From the NCBI RefSeq assembly GCF_009914755.1, contig NC_060945.1: a DNA stretch of 64,000 nucleotides, one strand, 5' to 3'. Of the stretch, positions 1 to 14,100 are shown one piece after another. The stretch's first letter is position 1, and every line of letters starts with the position of its first letter. This stretch comes from the human T2T-CHM13v2.0 reference genome, Homo sapiens. The notes beneath the pieces were generated by a model that saw only the letters and a list, made by a program, of their open reading frames with translations, was not told the origin of the DNA and made no database searches. A program made the translations under genes and the position numbers.

Positions 1-370
1 ATTCCATTCCACTGCACTCAGATCAGCTCCACTCAACTCCACTGCACTCCATTCCACTCCATTCCTATCTGTTGCATTCCTTTCCATTCCATTCCATTCC
101 ATTCAATTCCACTCCACTCCATTCCATTCTTCTCCATTCTACTCCATTCCACTCCTCTCCACTGCACTCCACTCCACTTCATTCCATTCCATTCCATTCC
201 ACTCCATTCCATTCCATTCCACTCCATTCCACTCCATTCTACTCCATTCCTTTCCATTCTATTCCTGTCCTTTCCACTACACTCCATTCCACTCCACTCT
301 ACTCCATTCCCCTCCATTCCATTCCACTCCAATCCATTCCATTACATTCCACTGCATTCCATTCTATTCC

Positions 371-447
371 TTTATTTCTATTGGATCTCACTCTGTCACC
401 AAGACTGCAGTGCAGTGGCAAAATCTTAGCTCACATTACATTTCACC
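371..447 (-). repeat. Alu-derived ~77-bp spacer 1
   Basis: Variant of the consensus TTTATTTCGACTGGATCTCACTCTGTCACCCAGACTGGAGTGCAGTGGCACAATCTTAGCTCACATTTCATTTCACC; the core aligns to the antisense Alu 3' end (compare 22051-22099). Confidence 0.9.
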
Positions 448-527
448 CTTGCATTCCATTCCATTCCTTTCCATTCCATTCCACTCCAATCCATTCCATT
501 ACATTCCACTCCATTCCATTCTATTCC

Positions 528-604
528 TTTATTTCTATTGGATCTCGCTCTGTCACCAAGACTGCAGTGCAGTGGTAAAATCTTAGCTCACATTTCATTT
601 CACC
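528..604 (-). repeat. Alu-derived spacer 2
   Basis: Matches the consensus; sister of spacer 1 (+157). Confidence 0.9.
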
Positions 605-1664
605 CTTGCATTCCATTCCATTCCTTTCCATTCCATTCCAGTCCACTCCACTCCAATCCATTCCATTCCACTCCACTCCATTCTATTCCTTTCCATTCCA
701 TTTCATTCCATTCCACTGCACTCCCATCTTCTCCACTCAACTCCACTCCACTCCCTTCTGTTCCATTCCATTCCATTCTTTTCCATTCCTTTCCGTTCCA
801 TTCCATTCCACTTCGCTCCATTCCATTCCACTCCACTCTTCTCCACTCCATTCCACTCCACTCCACTGCACTCCGTTCCATTCCATTCCATTCCATTCCA
901 TTCCACTACAGTCCGATCCCCTCCACTCACCTCTACTCCACTGCACTACACTCCACTCCGCTCGATTCCGTTCTGTTCCATTCAGTTCTGCTCTGTTCCA
1001 TGCCGTTGCATTCCACTCCATTCCATTCCACTCCATTCTATTGCACTTCATTCCAATCCATTCCTTTCCACTCCATTCCACTCCATTGCATTCCATTCCA
1101 CTCCACTCCATTCCACTCCACTCCACTCCATTTTACTCCACTCCGTTCCAACTCACTCCTCTCCATTTCACTCCATTCCACTCCCTTCCACCCCATTCCT
1201 CTCCACGCCAATTTGTTCCATTCCAATCAATTCCATTCCATTTCACTCCATTCAACTCCATTCCACTCCATTCCAATCCACTCGATTCCACTCAACTCCA
1301 TTTCACTCCACTCCACTCTGTTACTTTCCATTGCATTCCTCTCCACTCCATTGCATTCCATTGCATTCCCCTCCATTACATTGCATTCCCTTCCATTGCA
1401 GTTCATTCCACTCCATTCCACTCTATTACACTCCACTACACTCCACTCCATTACACTCCACTCCATTCCATTAAACTCCATTCCATTCCACTACATTCCA
1501 TTCCACTCCATTCCTTTCCACTACATTCCTTTCCATTCCATTCCACTCCATTCCACTCCACTCCATTCCACTCCACTCCATTCCAGTCCACTCCACTCCA
1601 TTCCACTTCATTCCATTCCACTCCACTCCATTTCATTCCATTCTACTCCATTCCATTTCTTTCC

Positions 1665-1741
1665 TTAATTTCTGCTGGATCTCACTCTGTCAGCCAGACT
1701 GGAATGCAGTGCCACAATCTTATCTCACATTTCATTTCACC
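1665..1741 (-). repeat. Alu-derived spacer 3
   Basis: GGATCTCACTCTGTCAGCCAGACTGGAATGCAGT core. Confidence 0.9.
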
Positions 1742-2501
1742 ATTCCATTCCATTCCATTCAACTGCATTCCATTCCATTTCATTCCACTCCACTCCACTC
1801 CATTCGACTCCAATCCACTCCACTCCATTCCATTCCACTCCACTCCAAACCACTCAGTTCCTTTGCACTGCATGCCATTCCATTCCATTCCATTTCATTC
1901 CTTTCCACTGCCCTCCGATCCACTCCACTCAACTCCCCTCTACTGCACTCCACTCCATTCCGTTCCATTCCAATCCATTCCATTCCATTCTATTCCATTA
2001 CGTTCTATTTCTTTCCATTCCACTCCACTCCCCTCCATTCCACTCGACTGCACTCCACTTCACTGCACTCCGCTTCACTCCATTTCATTCCATTCCATTC
2101 CATTCCACTGCACTCAGATCCACTCCACTCAAATCCACTCCGCTGCACTCCACTCCAAATCTTTCCATTCATTTCTGTTCTGTTCCTTTTTTTTCCATTC
2201 CACTTCATTCCATTCCACTCCACTCCATTCCACTCCACTCAATTTCACTCAATTCAACTCCATTCCACTCCAATCCACTCCACTCCACTACACTGCACTC
2301 TATTCCTTTCAACTCCGTTCCATTCCACTTCATACCATTCCATTGCATTCCACTACATTCTATTCCATTCCACAACATTCCGCTCCTTTACACTCCACTC
2401 CATTCCACTCAACTCCATTCCACTCCACAACAATCCATTCCTCTCCATTCCATTCCACTTCTCTTCAATCCATTATATTCTACTCCATTCCATTCCATTC
2501 T

Positions 2502-2578
2502 TTTATTTCGAATGGATCTCGCTCTGCTACACAGACAGGAGTGCAGTTAAACAGTCTTAGCTCACTTTTCATTTCATC
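2502..2578 (-). repeat. Alu-derived spacer 4
   Basis: GGATCTCGCTCTG...ACAGGAGTGCAGT core. Confidence 0.88.
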
Positions 2579-5234
2579 GATCCATTCCATTCCATTCCAT
2601 TCAATTGTACTCCATTCCACTGCATTCTGATCCGCTCCAATAAACTCCACTCCACTCAACTCCGTTCCATTTTATTCCATTCCATTCCACTCCACTCCAA
2701 TGCATTCCATTCCACTCCATTGTAATCCAATCAACTCCACTCCACTATATTCCATTCCAATCCACTCCTCTCCAATCAACACCACTACCCTCCACTCCAC
2801 TCCAATCCGGTCCATTTCGTTCCATTCCCTTCCAACCCATTCCAATACTTTCCACTCCATTCCACTCCACTCCTTTCCATTCCCCTTCATTCCACTTCTT
2901 TCCACTCCACTCTATTCCACTCCACTCCACTCCATTCCACTGAACTCCACTCCACTCAACTCCGTTGCATTCACTTCCATTCCATTTGATTCCGTTCCAT
3001 TTCACTCCATTCCATTCCACTCCACTCCATTCCATTCCTCTCCATTCCATTCCACTCCACTCCATTTCACTCCATTCCACTCGATTCCACTCCAATCCAC
3101 TCCATTCCTTTCCATTCCATTCCATTCCACTCCATTCCATTCTATTTCTTTCCACTCCATTCCACTCTTGTCCACCGCACTCCATTCCACTCCACTCTAT
3201 TCTACTCCACTCCATTCCACTCCATTCCATTCCATTCCACCCCATTCCGTTTCATTCCACTCCATTCTATTCCATGCCACTAGATTCCATTACATTCCAC
3301 TCCACTGCCCTCCAATACATTCCACTCCACTCCATTCCTTTCCACTACAATCCACTCCACTCCACTCCATTCTTTTCCATTCCCTTCCGTTCCATTTCAT
3401 TCCATTCCATTCCATTCCGTTCCGTTCCGTTCCATTCCATTCCATTCCATTCCATTCCCCTGCACTCCGATACACTTCACTCAATTCTAATCCACTCAAC
3501 TCCACTCAGTTCCGTTCCCTTCCATTCCTTTCCACTTCGTTCCATTCCACTCCATTCCATTCCATTCCACTAAACTCCATTCCACTCAACTCCATTCCCT
3601 TCACTCCACTCCACTCCGCAAAACTCCACTCCACTCCATTCCACTCCACTCTGTTCCAGTCCATTCCACTCCACTCCACTCCACTCTGTTCCACTCCATT
3701 CCACTCCATTCCACTCCACTTCACTCCACTCCACTCTACTCCAATTCGTTCCATTCAGTTCCTTTCCTATCTATTCCATTTGGTTCCGTTCCATTCCACT
3801 CCTTTCCATTCCAATCCACTCCATGCCACTCCACTCCATTTCATCCATTTCACTCCACTCCACTCCATTCCACTCCACTCCATTGCATTCCACTTCATTC
3901 CATTCCATTCCACTCCACTCCATTCCATTCCATTCCGTTCCAATCCATTCCACTGCACTCTGATCCACTGCCATCAACTCCACTCCACTTCACTCCACTC
4001 CGTTGCATTCCGTTTCATTCCATTCCATTGCATTCCATTTCATTGAATTCCATTCCATTCAATTCCATTCCACTACACTCTGATCCACTCCACTCAACTT
4101 CAATCCACTCCACTCCACCCCAATACCATTCCATTCTGTTCCATACCACTCCATTCCATTCCATTCCACACCACTCCATTCTATTCCATTTCACTCCTTT
4201 CCATTTCATTCCACTCCATTCCATTCCATTCAACTGGATTCCATTGCATTCCACTCCACTACAATCTATTGTACTCCACTGCATTTCATTCCATTCCACT
4301 ACACTACACTACTCTACACTGTACTCCATTCCATTCCATTCCACTCCACTCCCTTCCATTACATTCCATTTGATTCCATTCCATTCCATTCCATTCCGTT
4401 GCATTCCACTGCATTCCTGTCCATTCCATTCCATTCCTTTCCACTCCATTCCATTCCAATCCACTCCACTCCAGTGCATTCCGTTCCACTCCACTCCATT
4501 CCGTTCCACTCCACGTCATTCCATTCCATTCCATTCCATTCCATTCCTTTCCATTCCATTCCATTCCGTTCCATTCTATTCCACTCCACTCCATTCCATT
4601 CCATTCCAACAAATTCCATTCCATTCCACACCATCCACTCCACTCCAATCCACTCCACTCCACTCCACTCCATTCCATTCCATTCCGTTCTATTCCATTC
4701 CACTCCACTCCACTCCACTCCATTCCATTCCATTCCATTCCATTCCACTACACTCCTATCCACTGCACTCAACTCCACTCCATTCCACTCCACTCCATTC
4801 TATTCCATTCCATTCCATGCCATTCCATTTCATTCCATTTCGTTCTGTTCCATTACATTCCATTCCACTCCACTCCATTCCTTCCTTCTCCATTCCACTC
4901 CAATCCACTCCACTCCACTCCACTCCACTCCACTCCAATCCATTCCATTCCGTTCCATTCCATTCTGTTCTATTCCATTCCTTTCCACTGCATTCCATTC
5001 CACTCCACTCCATTCCACTTCACTCCCTTCCACTCAATTCCTCTCCATTCCATTCTACTCCACCCCAATCCATTCCATTTCTCTCCTACATTCCATTCCA
5101 TTCCACTCCACTTCATTCCACCCCACCCCATTCCATTCCACTCAACTCCACTCTATTCCACTCCTCTCCACTCCAATTCTCTCCACTCCATTCCATTTAA
5201 CTCCATTCCATTCCATTCCATTCTCTCTATTCCA

Positions 5235-5750
5235 TTCCATTCCACTCCACTCCATTCCATTCCATTCCACTCGATTCCACTCCACACCACTCCATTCCAC
5301 TTAATTCCATTCCACTCCACTCCATTCCATTCTATTACATTCCATTCCATTCCACTCCGCTCCACTCCATTCCAGTCCAGTCCTCTCCATTCCATTACAT
5401 TCTATTCCATTCCAACCCACTCTGTTCCATTCCATTGCATTCCATTCCATTTCACTGCACTCCGATCCGCTCCACTCAACTCCGCTCTACTCCATTCCAT
5501 TCCACTCCACTCCATTCCATTCCATTCCACTCGATTCCACTCCACACCACTCCATTCCACTCAATTCCATTCCACTCCACTCCATTCCATTCTATTACAT
5601 TCCATTCCATTCCACTCCGCTCCACTCCACTCCAGTCCAGTCCTCTCCATTCCATTACATTCTATTCCATTCCAACCCACTCCGTTCCATTCCATTGCAT
5701 TCCATTCCATTTCACTGCACTCTGATCCGCTCCACTCAACTCCGCTCTAC
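5235..5750 (+). repeat. 260-bp tandem duplication (also at ~32902-33417)
   Basis: TCGATTCCACTCCACACCAC at 5271 and 5531; TCCAACCCAC at 5411 and 5671. Confidence 0.85.
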
Positions 5751-6283
5751 TCCACTCCACTCCATTTCATTCCATTCCATGTCACACCACTCAATTCCAT
5801 TCCATTCCATTCCATTCAATTCCACTGCACTCTGATCCACTCCACTCAATTCCACTCCACTCCACTCCACTCCGTTCCTTTCCGTTCCATTCCATTCCAC
5901 TCCATTCCATTCCAGTCAGTTCCATTCCATTCCATTCCATGACACTCCTTTCCATTCAACTTCATTGCACTCCATTCCACACCACTCCACTCCAATTCAC
6001 TCCGTTCTATTCTGTTCCATCACATTCCATTCTGTTCCGTTCCATTCCACTCCATTCCATTCCACTACACTCCATTCCACTCCAATCAATTTCACTCCAT
6101 TCCACTCCATTCAACTCCAATCCTCTCCACTCCACTCCACTCAGTACCTTTCCACTCCATTCCATTCAATTCTACTCCATTCTATTCCATTGTGTTCTGC
6201 TCCATTCCACTCCACCCCTCTCCATTCCACTCCACTGCGTTCCACTCCATTCCATTCCATTTCACTCCTTTCCATTCCATTCC

Positions 6284-6360
6284 TTTGTTTCGAAAGGATA
6301 GCACACTTTCTACCAGACTGGAGTGCAGTGGCACAATGTTATCTCACATTTCATTTCACC
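6284..6360 (-). repeat. Alu-derived spacer 5 (5' half degenerate)
   Basis: CCAGACTGGAGTGCAGTGGCACAAT core. Confidence 0.88.
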
Positions 6361-7847
6361 ATTCCATTCATTCCAATCCATTCCATTCCCTTCCACTCCA
6401 ATCCCCTCCACTCCATTCCAATACATTCCATTCCATTCCACTCAACTCCATTCCATTCCATTCCATTCTACTGCACTCCGATCCACTCAAGTCTACTCCA
6501 CTCCACCCCACTCCACTCCATTTCGTTCCTTTCCATTCCATTGCATCCCATTCCATTGCATTCAGTTCCATTCCATTCCATTCAATTCCACTAAACTCCA
6601 TTCCATTCCACTCCATTCCACTCCACTCCATTCCACTAAATTTCATTCCATTCCACTGCACTCCTCTCCACTCAACTCTACTCCACTTCACTCCATTCTG
6701 TTCCAATCCATTCCATTCCTTTCCATTCCATTCCATTCCACTCCATTCCATTCCACTATACTCCATTTTACTCCATTCCACTCAACTCCACTCCACTCCA
6801 CTCAACTCCACTCCACTCCACTACACTCTACTGCATTCCAGTCAACTCCACTCCATTCCATGCCACTCCATTCCATTCCACTCCACTCTGCTCCATTCCA
6901 TTCCACTCCATTCCACTCCACTCCTCTCCACTCCATTCCATTCCACTCCACTCCAATCCACTCCACTCCTTTAAACTCCATTCCATTCCAATCCACTCCT
7001 CTCCCTTCCATTCCATTGCATTCCATTGCATTCCTTTCCATTCCACTACATTCCATTCCATTCCACTGCACTCCCATCCAATCCACTCAACTCCACTCCA
7101 CTCCGTCTGTTTCCTGCAATTCCATTCCGTTGCATTCCATTCCATTCCATTCCTTTACTTTCTGTTCCACTAGACTCCATTCCATTCCATTCCACTCCAC
7201 TTCACCCCACTCCATTCCATTCCACGCCACTCCATTCCATTACACTCTGATCCACTCAACTCAACTCCACTCCACTCCTGTCCACTCCACTCCATTCCGT
7301 TCTGTTCCATTCCATTACTTTCAATTCCTTTCCATTCCGTTGCATTCCATTCTATTCCAGTCCAGTCCAGTCCACTCCACTCCGCTCCACTCCACGCCAC
7401 TCCATTCCAGTCTTCTACAATCCACTCTACTCTGCTTCGTTCCATTTCTTTCCATTGTGCTCTGTTCCATTCTGTTCCATTCCACACCATTCCATTCCAC
7501 TCCACTCCATTCCACTCCACTCCATTCCACTCCACTCTATTCCACTCCACTCCATTCCATTACATTGCATTCCATTCCTTGCACTTCGATGCACTCCAAA
7601 CAAATCCACTGCACTCCACTCTACTCTGTTCCACTCAGTTCTGTTGTGTTCCATTCCGTACTGTTCCATTCCACTCCATTTCACTCCTTTCCACTTCATT
7701 CCATTCCATTCCATGCCACTCCATTCCACTCCATTCCACTCGTCTCGATTCCACTCCACTCCATTCCACTCCACTCTACACCATTCCACTCCATTCTATT
7801 CCTCTCTGCTCCTTTCCATTTCATTCCACTCCATTCCATTCCATTCC

Positions 7848-7924
7848 TTTATTTCGACTGGTTCTCCCTCTTTCACCCAGACAGGAGTGCAGTTGCACTA
7901 TCTTAGCTCACATTTCATTTACAC
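7848..7924 (-). repeat. Alu-derived spacer 6
   Basis: CACCCAGACAGGAGTGCAGTTGCAC core. Confidence 0.88.
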
Positions 7925-9326
7925 ATTCCATTCCATTCCATTCCATTTCACTCCACTCCACTCCACCCCACTGTTCCATTCCCCGCCACCTCATTCCATT
8001 CCACTCCACCCCACTCCATTCCACTCCACTCCACTCCATTCCACTCAACTCCTCTCCATACCACTAAACTCCACTCCATTCCATTTCACTCCACTCTATT
8101 CCATTCCACTTCACTCCTTTCCATTCCATTCCCCTCCACTCCATTCAATTCCACTCCACTCCATTTAATCCCATTCTGTTCCATTTCATTCCACTCCACT
8201 CTTCTTCATTCCATTCCATTCCATTCCATTCCATTCCATTCCATTTCACTGTACTCCGTTGCACTGTACTCGACTCAGCTCCATTCCACTCCACTCCGTT
8301 CCCCTCCATTGCATTCCGTTCCTTTTCATTCCATTCCATTCCATTCCATTGCATTCCGTTCCTTTCCATTCCATTCCATTCCGTTCCATTCCATTCCATT
8401 CCATTCCACTCCATTCCGTTCCACTCCATTCCACTCCACTCCACTCCACTCTGTTCCTTTCAATTCCATTACATTTTGTTCCATTCCGTTCCACTCTATT
8501 CTACTCCACTCCACTCTGTTCCATTCAATTCCATTACATTCTGTTTTATTCCATTTGATTCCACTCCATTCAATTCCACTCCACTCCATTCCACTCCACT
8601 CCTTTTCACACCATTGCACTCTATTCCAATCCACACCATTCCACTCCACTCCATTCCATTCTATTCCGTTCAACTGCACTCCATTCCATTCCATTCCATT
8701 GCATTGCATTCCATTGCATTCCACTGCACTCTGTTCCACTGCTCTCAAGTCCACTCCACTCCAATCCATTGCACTCCGTTACATACCGTTCCATTCCATT
8801 CCATTCCTCTCCATTCTGTTCCATTCCATTACATTATTTTCCACTCCAATCCATTCCACTCCATTCCACTCCATACCACTCCATTGCACTACAACCCATT
8901 CCTCTCCATTCCATTCCATTCCACTGCACCCCGATCCATTCCATTCCACTCCAATCCACTCCACTCCACTCCATTCTGTTCTATTCCATTCCATTCTGTA
9001 CCGTTCCATTCCACTCCATTCCACTCCACTCCACTTCACTCCACTCCACTCCACGCCACCTCTCTCCACTCTATTCCACTCCATTCCAAGCCTATCCGCT
9101 CCATTGCTTTCCATTCCTTTCCACTCCATTCCATCCCATTCCACTGCACTCCATTCCACTCCACTCCATTTCACTCCATTCCTCTTCATTCCACTCCATT
9201 CCATTCCATTCCTCTCCATTCCGTTCCATTCCACTCCACTAAATTCCACTCCCCAAAACTCCATTCCACTCCATTTCATTCCACTCCACTGCATTCCATT
9301 ACATTTTAATCCATTCCTTTCCTTCC

Positions 9327-9404
9327 TTTAATTTCGACTGTATCTCACTCTCTCACCCAGACTTGAGTGCAGTGGCACAATCTTAGCTCACATTTCATGT
9401 CACC
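9327..9404 (-). repeat. Alu-derived spacer 7
   Basis: CACCCAGACTTGAGTGCAGTGGCACAATCTTAGCTCAC core. Confidence 0.9.
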
Positions 9405-11199
9405 ATTCCACTCTATTGCTTTCTATTCCACTCCATTCCATTCCATTCCACTCCACTCCACTCCACTCTACTCCACTGCACTCAACTGAATTCCAGTCCC
9501 ATCCACTCCATTCCATTCCACTCTGTTCCATTCCACTCCACTATCCTTCATTACACTGTAGTCCACTCCATTCCTTTCCACTACAATCCACTCCATTCCA
9601 TTCCATTTCATTCCACTCCAATCCATTCCATTCCACTCCACTCCATTCCACTGCACTCCACTCCTCTCCACTCCATTCCATTCCATTCCATTCCACTTCA
9701 TTCCATTCCATTCCACTCCATTCCATTCCATTCCATTCCACTCCATTTCATTCCATTCCACTCCATTCCATTCCATTCCATTCCACTGCATTCCAATCCA
9801 CTTGACTCAACTCCACTCCACTACACTCTACTCCACTCCATTCCGTTCCCTTCAATTCCATTGCATTCCATTCCATTCCATTCCATTCCACTCCAACACA
9901 TTCCATTCCACACCATTCCACTCCACTCCACCACACTCCACTATACTTCACTCCGTTCCATTCCATTCCATGCCACTGCCCTTCGTTCCACTCCACTCAA
10001 CTCCACTCCACACCACCCCACTCTGTTCCATTCTTTTCCGTTCCATTCCGTTCCATTCCCCTCCATTACACTCCATTCCACTCCACTCCACTCCCTCCTC
10101 TCCATTAAACTCCAATCCATTCCATTCCACTGCACTCCAATCCACTCCACTCAACTCCACTCCACTCCATTCCAGTCCGTTCCCCTTTTTTCTATTCCTT
10201 TCCGTTCCGTTCCATTCCACTCCAATCCATTCCTTTCCACTGCAATCCATTCCATTCCACTCCATTCCACTCCACTCAACTCCACTCCATTCCATTCCTC
10301 TCCAGTCCATTATATTCCACTCCATTCCGTTCCACTCCACTCCACTCCATTCTACTACACTACACTCCATTCCATTCCATTTCACTCCACTCCATTTCAC
10401 TCCATTCCACTCAATTCCACTCCACACCACTCCACTGCACTCCACTCCATTCCATTTTATTCCAATCCATTCCATTCCACACCATTCCGCTCAACTCCAC
10501 CACACTCCACTCTAGTCCACTGCATTCCATTCCATTACGTTCCATTCCATTCTACTCCACTCCACTCCATTCCATTCCATTTCAATGAACTCCGATCCAC
10601 TGCACTCAACTCCATTCCAGTCCACTCCACCCCGTTCTGTTCTGTTCCATTCCATTCCATTCCGTTCTGTTCCATTCCATTCCATTACACTCCATTCCCT
10701 TCCACTCTACTCCACTCCATTCAACTCCAGTCCATTTCACTACATTTCACTGCATTCAACGCCACATCACTCCACTCCACTCCACTCCATTCTGTTCCAT
10801 TCCACTCCACTCCATTCCTTTCCATTCCCTTCCATTCCATTCCATTCCATTCCATTCCATTCCACTGCTCTCTGATCCACTGCACTCAACTCCACTCCAC
10901 TCCACTCCACTCGGTTTTGTTCCGTTCCATTCCATTCCATTCCTTTCGGTTCCATTTAACTCCATTCCATTCCACTCCACTCCAGTCCACTCCACTCCAC
11001 TCCATTCCACTTCATTGCATTCCCTTCCACTACACTTCGATCCACTGCACTTAACTCCACTCCACCCCACTCCGCTCTGTTCCATTCCGTTCCGTTCCAT
11101 TCCATTCCACTCCATTCCATTCCACTCCACTTCATTCCACTCCATTCCACTCCATTCCACTCCACTCCTCTCCACTCCACTCCACTGAACTCCAATCCA

Positions 11200-14100
11200 T
11201 TCCACTCCACTCCACTCCACTCCACTGAACTCCACTCCATTCCATACCACTACATTCCATTCATTTCCACTCCATTCCATTCCTCTCCATTCCACTCCAT
11301 TCCACTCCACTCCGCTCTACTCCACTCCATTTCATTTCATTCCACTACCCTCTGTTCCATTCCACTCCATTCCATTACACTCCACTCTAATCCATTCTAC
11401 TCCACTGCACTCTACTCCATTCCATTCCATTCCACTCTGATCCATTCCATTCCACTGCACTCCTCTCCACTCTATTCCATTCCATTCCACTCCACTCCAC
11501 TCCATTCCATTCCATTATATACCATTCTGTTCCATTCCATTCCACTTCACTCCACTACATTCCATTGCATTCCATGCCATGCCATTCCATTCCATACCAT
11601 TCCACTGCAATCCGATTAACTCCACACAACTCCATTCCAGTCCATTCCACAACACTCCGTTCTGTTCCGTTCCACTCTATTCCTTTCAATTCCATTCCAT
11701 TCCATTCCATTCCATTCCATTCCATTCCATTCCATTCCATTCCATTCTTTTCCACTCCACTGCCTTCCATTCCACTCCATTCCATTCTACTCCACTCCAC
11801 TCCACTCCAGTGATTTCCATTCCCCTCCCCTGCTTCCCATTCCACTCGACTCCCCTCAACTCTGTTCCATTCCGTCCTGTTCCACTCTCTTCCTTTCCAT
11901 TCCTTTCCACTCCATTCCATTCCTCTCCTCTCCATTCCACTCCACTCCATTTCACTCCATTACAATCCATTTCACTCCACAGCACTGCACTCAACTGCAC
12001 TCCTTTCCATCAATTCCTCTCCACTCCTTTCCATTCCATTCCATTCCATTCCACTGTACTCAGATCCACTGCATTCAACTCCACCCCACTCCACTCCACT
12101 CCACTCTGTTCCGTTCCATTCCATTCCGTTCCATTCCATTCCATTCCATTCCATTCCATTCCAATTAATTCCATTCCATTCCACTCCACTGCATTCCACT
12201 GCATTCCATTCCACTCCACTCCATTCCACTCCAATCACTTCCATTCCACTGCACTCTGATCCACTCCAATCAACTCCACTCCACTTCATTCACGTCCGTT
12301 CCACTCCGTTCTGTTCCCTTTTGTTCCATTAAGTTCCACTCCACTCCATTCCACTACACTGTATTACACTCCATTCCACTCCATTCCACTCCACTCATCT
12401 TAACTCCATTCCATTCCACTCCACTCCATTCTATTCAATTCCATTCCATTAAACTCCACTCCACTCCATTCTACTCCACTCCTTTCCATTCCATTCCACT
12501 CCATTCCATTCCACTAAACTCCATTCGACTCCACTCCACTCCACTTCTCTCCACTCCACTCCACTGAACTTCACTCCATTCCATATCACTCCATTCCATT
12601 AATTTCCACTCCATTCCATTCCTCTCCATTCCACTCCATTCCACTCCACTCCACTCTACTCCACTCCATTCCATTTCATTCCACTACCCTCTGTTCCATT
12701 CCACTCCATTCCATTACACTCCACTCTAATCCATTCTACTCCACTCCACTCTACTCCATTCCATTCCATTCCACTCCAATCCATTCCATTCCACTGCACT
12801 CCACTCCACTCTATTCCATTCCATTCCATTCCACTCCACTCCATTCCATTCCACTCCACTCCACTCCATTCCATTCCATTACATACCATTCTGTTCCATT
12901 CCATTCCACTTCACTCCACTCCATTCCATTCCATGCCATGCCATTCCATTCCATACCATTCTGTTCCATTCCATTCCACTTCACTCCACTCCATTCCATT
13001 CCATTTCATGCCGTGGCATTCCATTCCATTCCATTCCACTGCACTCCGATTAACTCCACACAACTCCATTCCATTCCACTCCACAACACTCCGTTCTGTT
13101 CCGTTCCATTCTCTTCCATTCCATTCCATTCCATTCCATTCCATTCCAATCCATTATTTTCCACTCCACTGCCTTCCATTCCACTCCATTCCATTGTACT
13201 CCACCCCATTCCACTCCATTGCTTTCCATTCCACTCCCCTGCTTTCCATTCCACTCGACTCCCCTCAACTCTGTTCCATTCCGTCGTGTTCCATTCTCTT
13301 CCTTTCCATTCCTTTCCACTCCATTCCATTCCTCTCCTCTCCATTCCACTCCACTCCATTTCACTCCATTACAATCCATTTCACTCCACAGCACTGCACT
13401 CAACTGCACTCCTTTCCATTCAACTCCTGTCCACTCCTTTCCCTTCTATTCCATTCCATTCCACTGCACTCAGATCCACTGCACTCAACTCCACCCCACT
13501 CCACTCCACTCCACTCTGTTCCATCACTTTCCATTCCATTCCATTCCATTCCATGGCATTCTAATTAATTCCATTCCATTCCACTCCACTGCATTCCACT
13601 GCATTCCATTCCACTCCACTCCATTCCACTCTAATCAATTCCATTCCACTGCACTCTGATCCACTCCAATCAACTCCACTCCACTTCATTCACGTCCGTT
13701 CCACTCCGCTCTGTTCCCTTCCATTCCATTAAGTTCCACTCCATTCCATTCCACTGCACTATATTACGCTCCATTCCACTCCATTCCTCTCCACTCATCT
13801 TAACTACCTTCCATTCCACTCCACTCCATTCTACACAATTCTATTCCATTAAACTCCACTCCACTCCATTCTACTCCCCTCCACTCCATTCCATTCCATT
13901 CCACTCCATTCCATTCCACTAAACTCCATTCGACTCCACTCCACTCCACTTCACTCCACTCCACTTCACTCCACTCCACTCCACTGAACTTCACTCCATT
14001 TCATACCACTCCATTCCATTCATTTCCACTAAATTCCATTCCTCTCCATTCCACTCCATTCCACTCCACTCCACTCTACTCCACTCCATTCCATTTCATT

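Larger units (their letters stand above)
325..640 (+). repeat. 157-bp tandem duplication containing spacers 1 and 2 (also at ~27992-28307)
   Basis: Shared private variants AAGACTGCAG, AAAATC and CACCCTTGC at offset 157; ends approximate. Confidence 0.85.

Noticed and set aside
606-2630. Long ORFs (674 aa here, 762 aa at 47779, 593 aa at 54634, and all HSIPF/MEWNG-type ORFs)
   Set aside because: CATTC/GGAAT pentamers contain no stop codon in any frame, so long overlapping ORFs arise automatically. There is no domain, codon structure or gene context.
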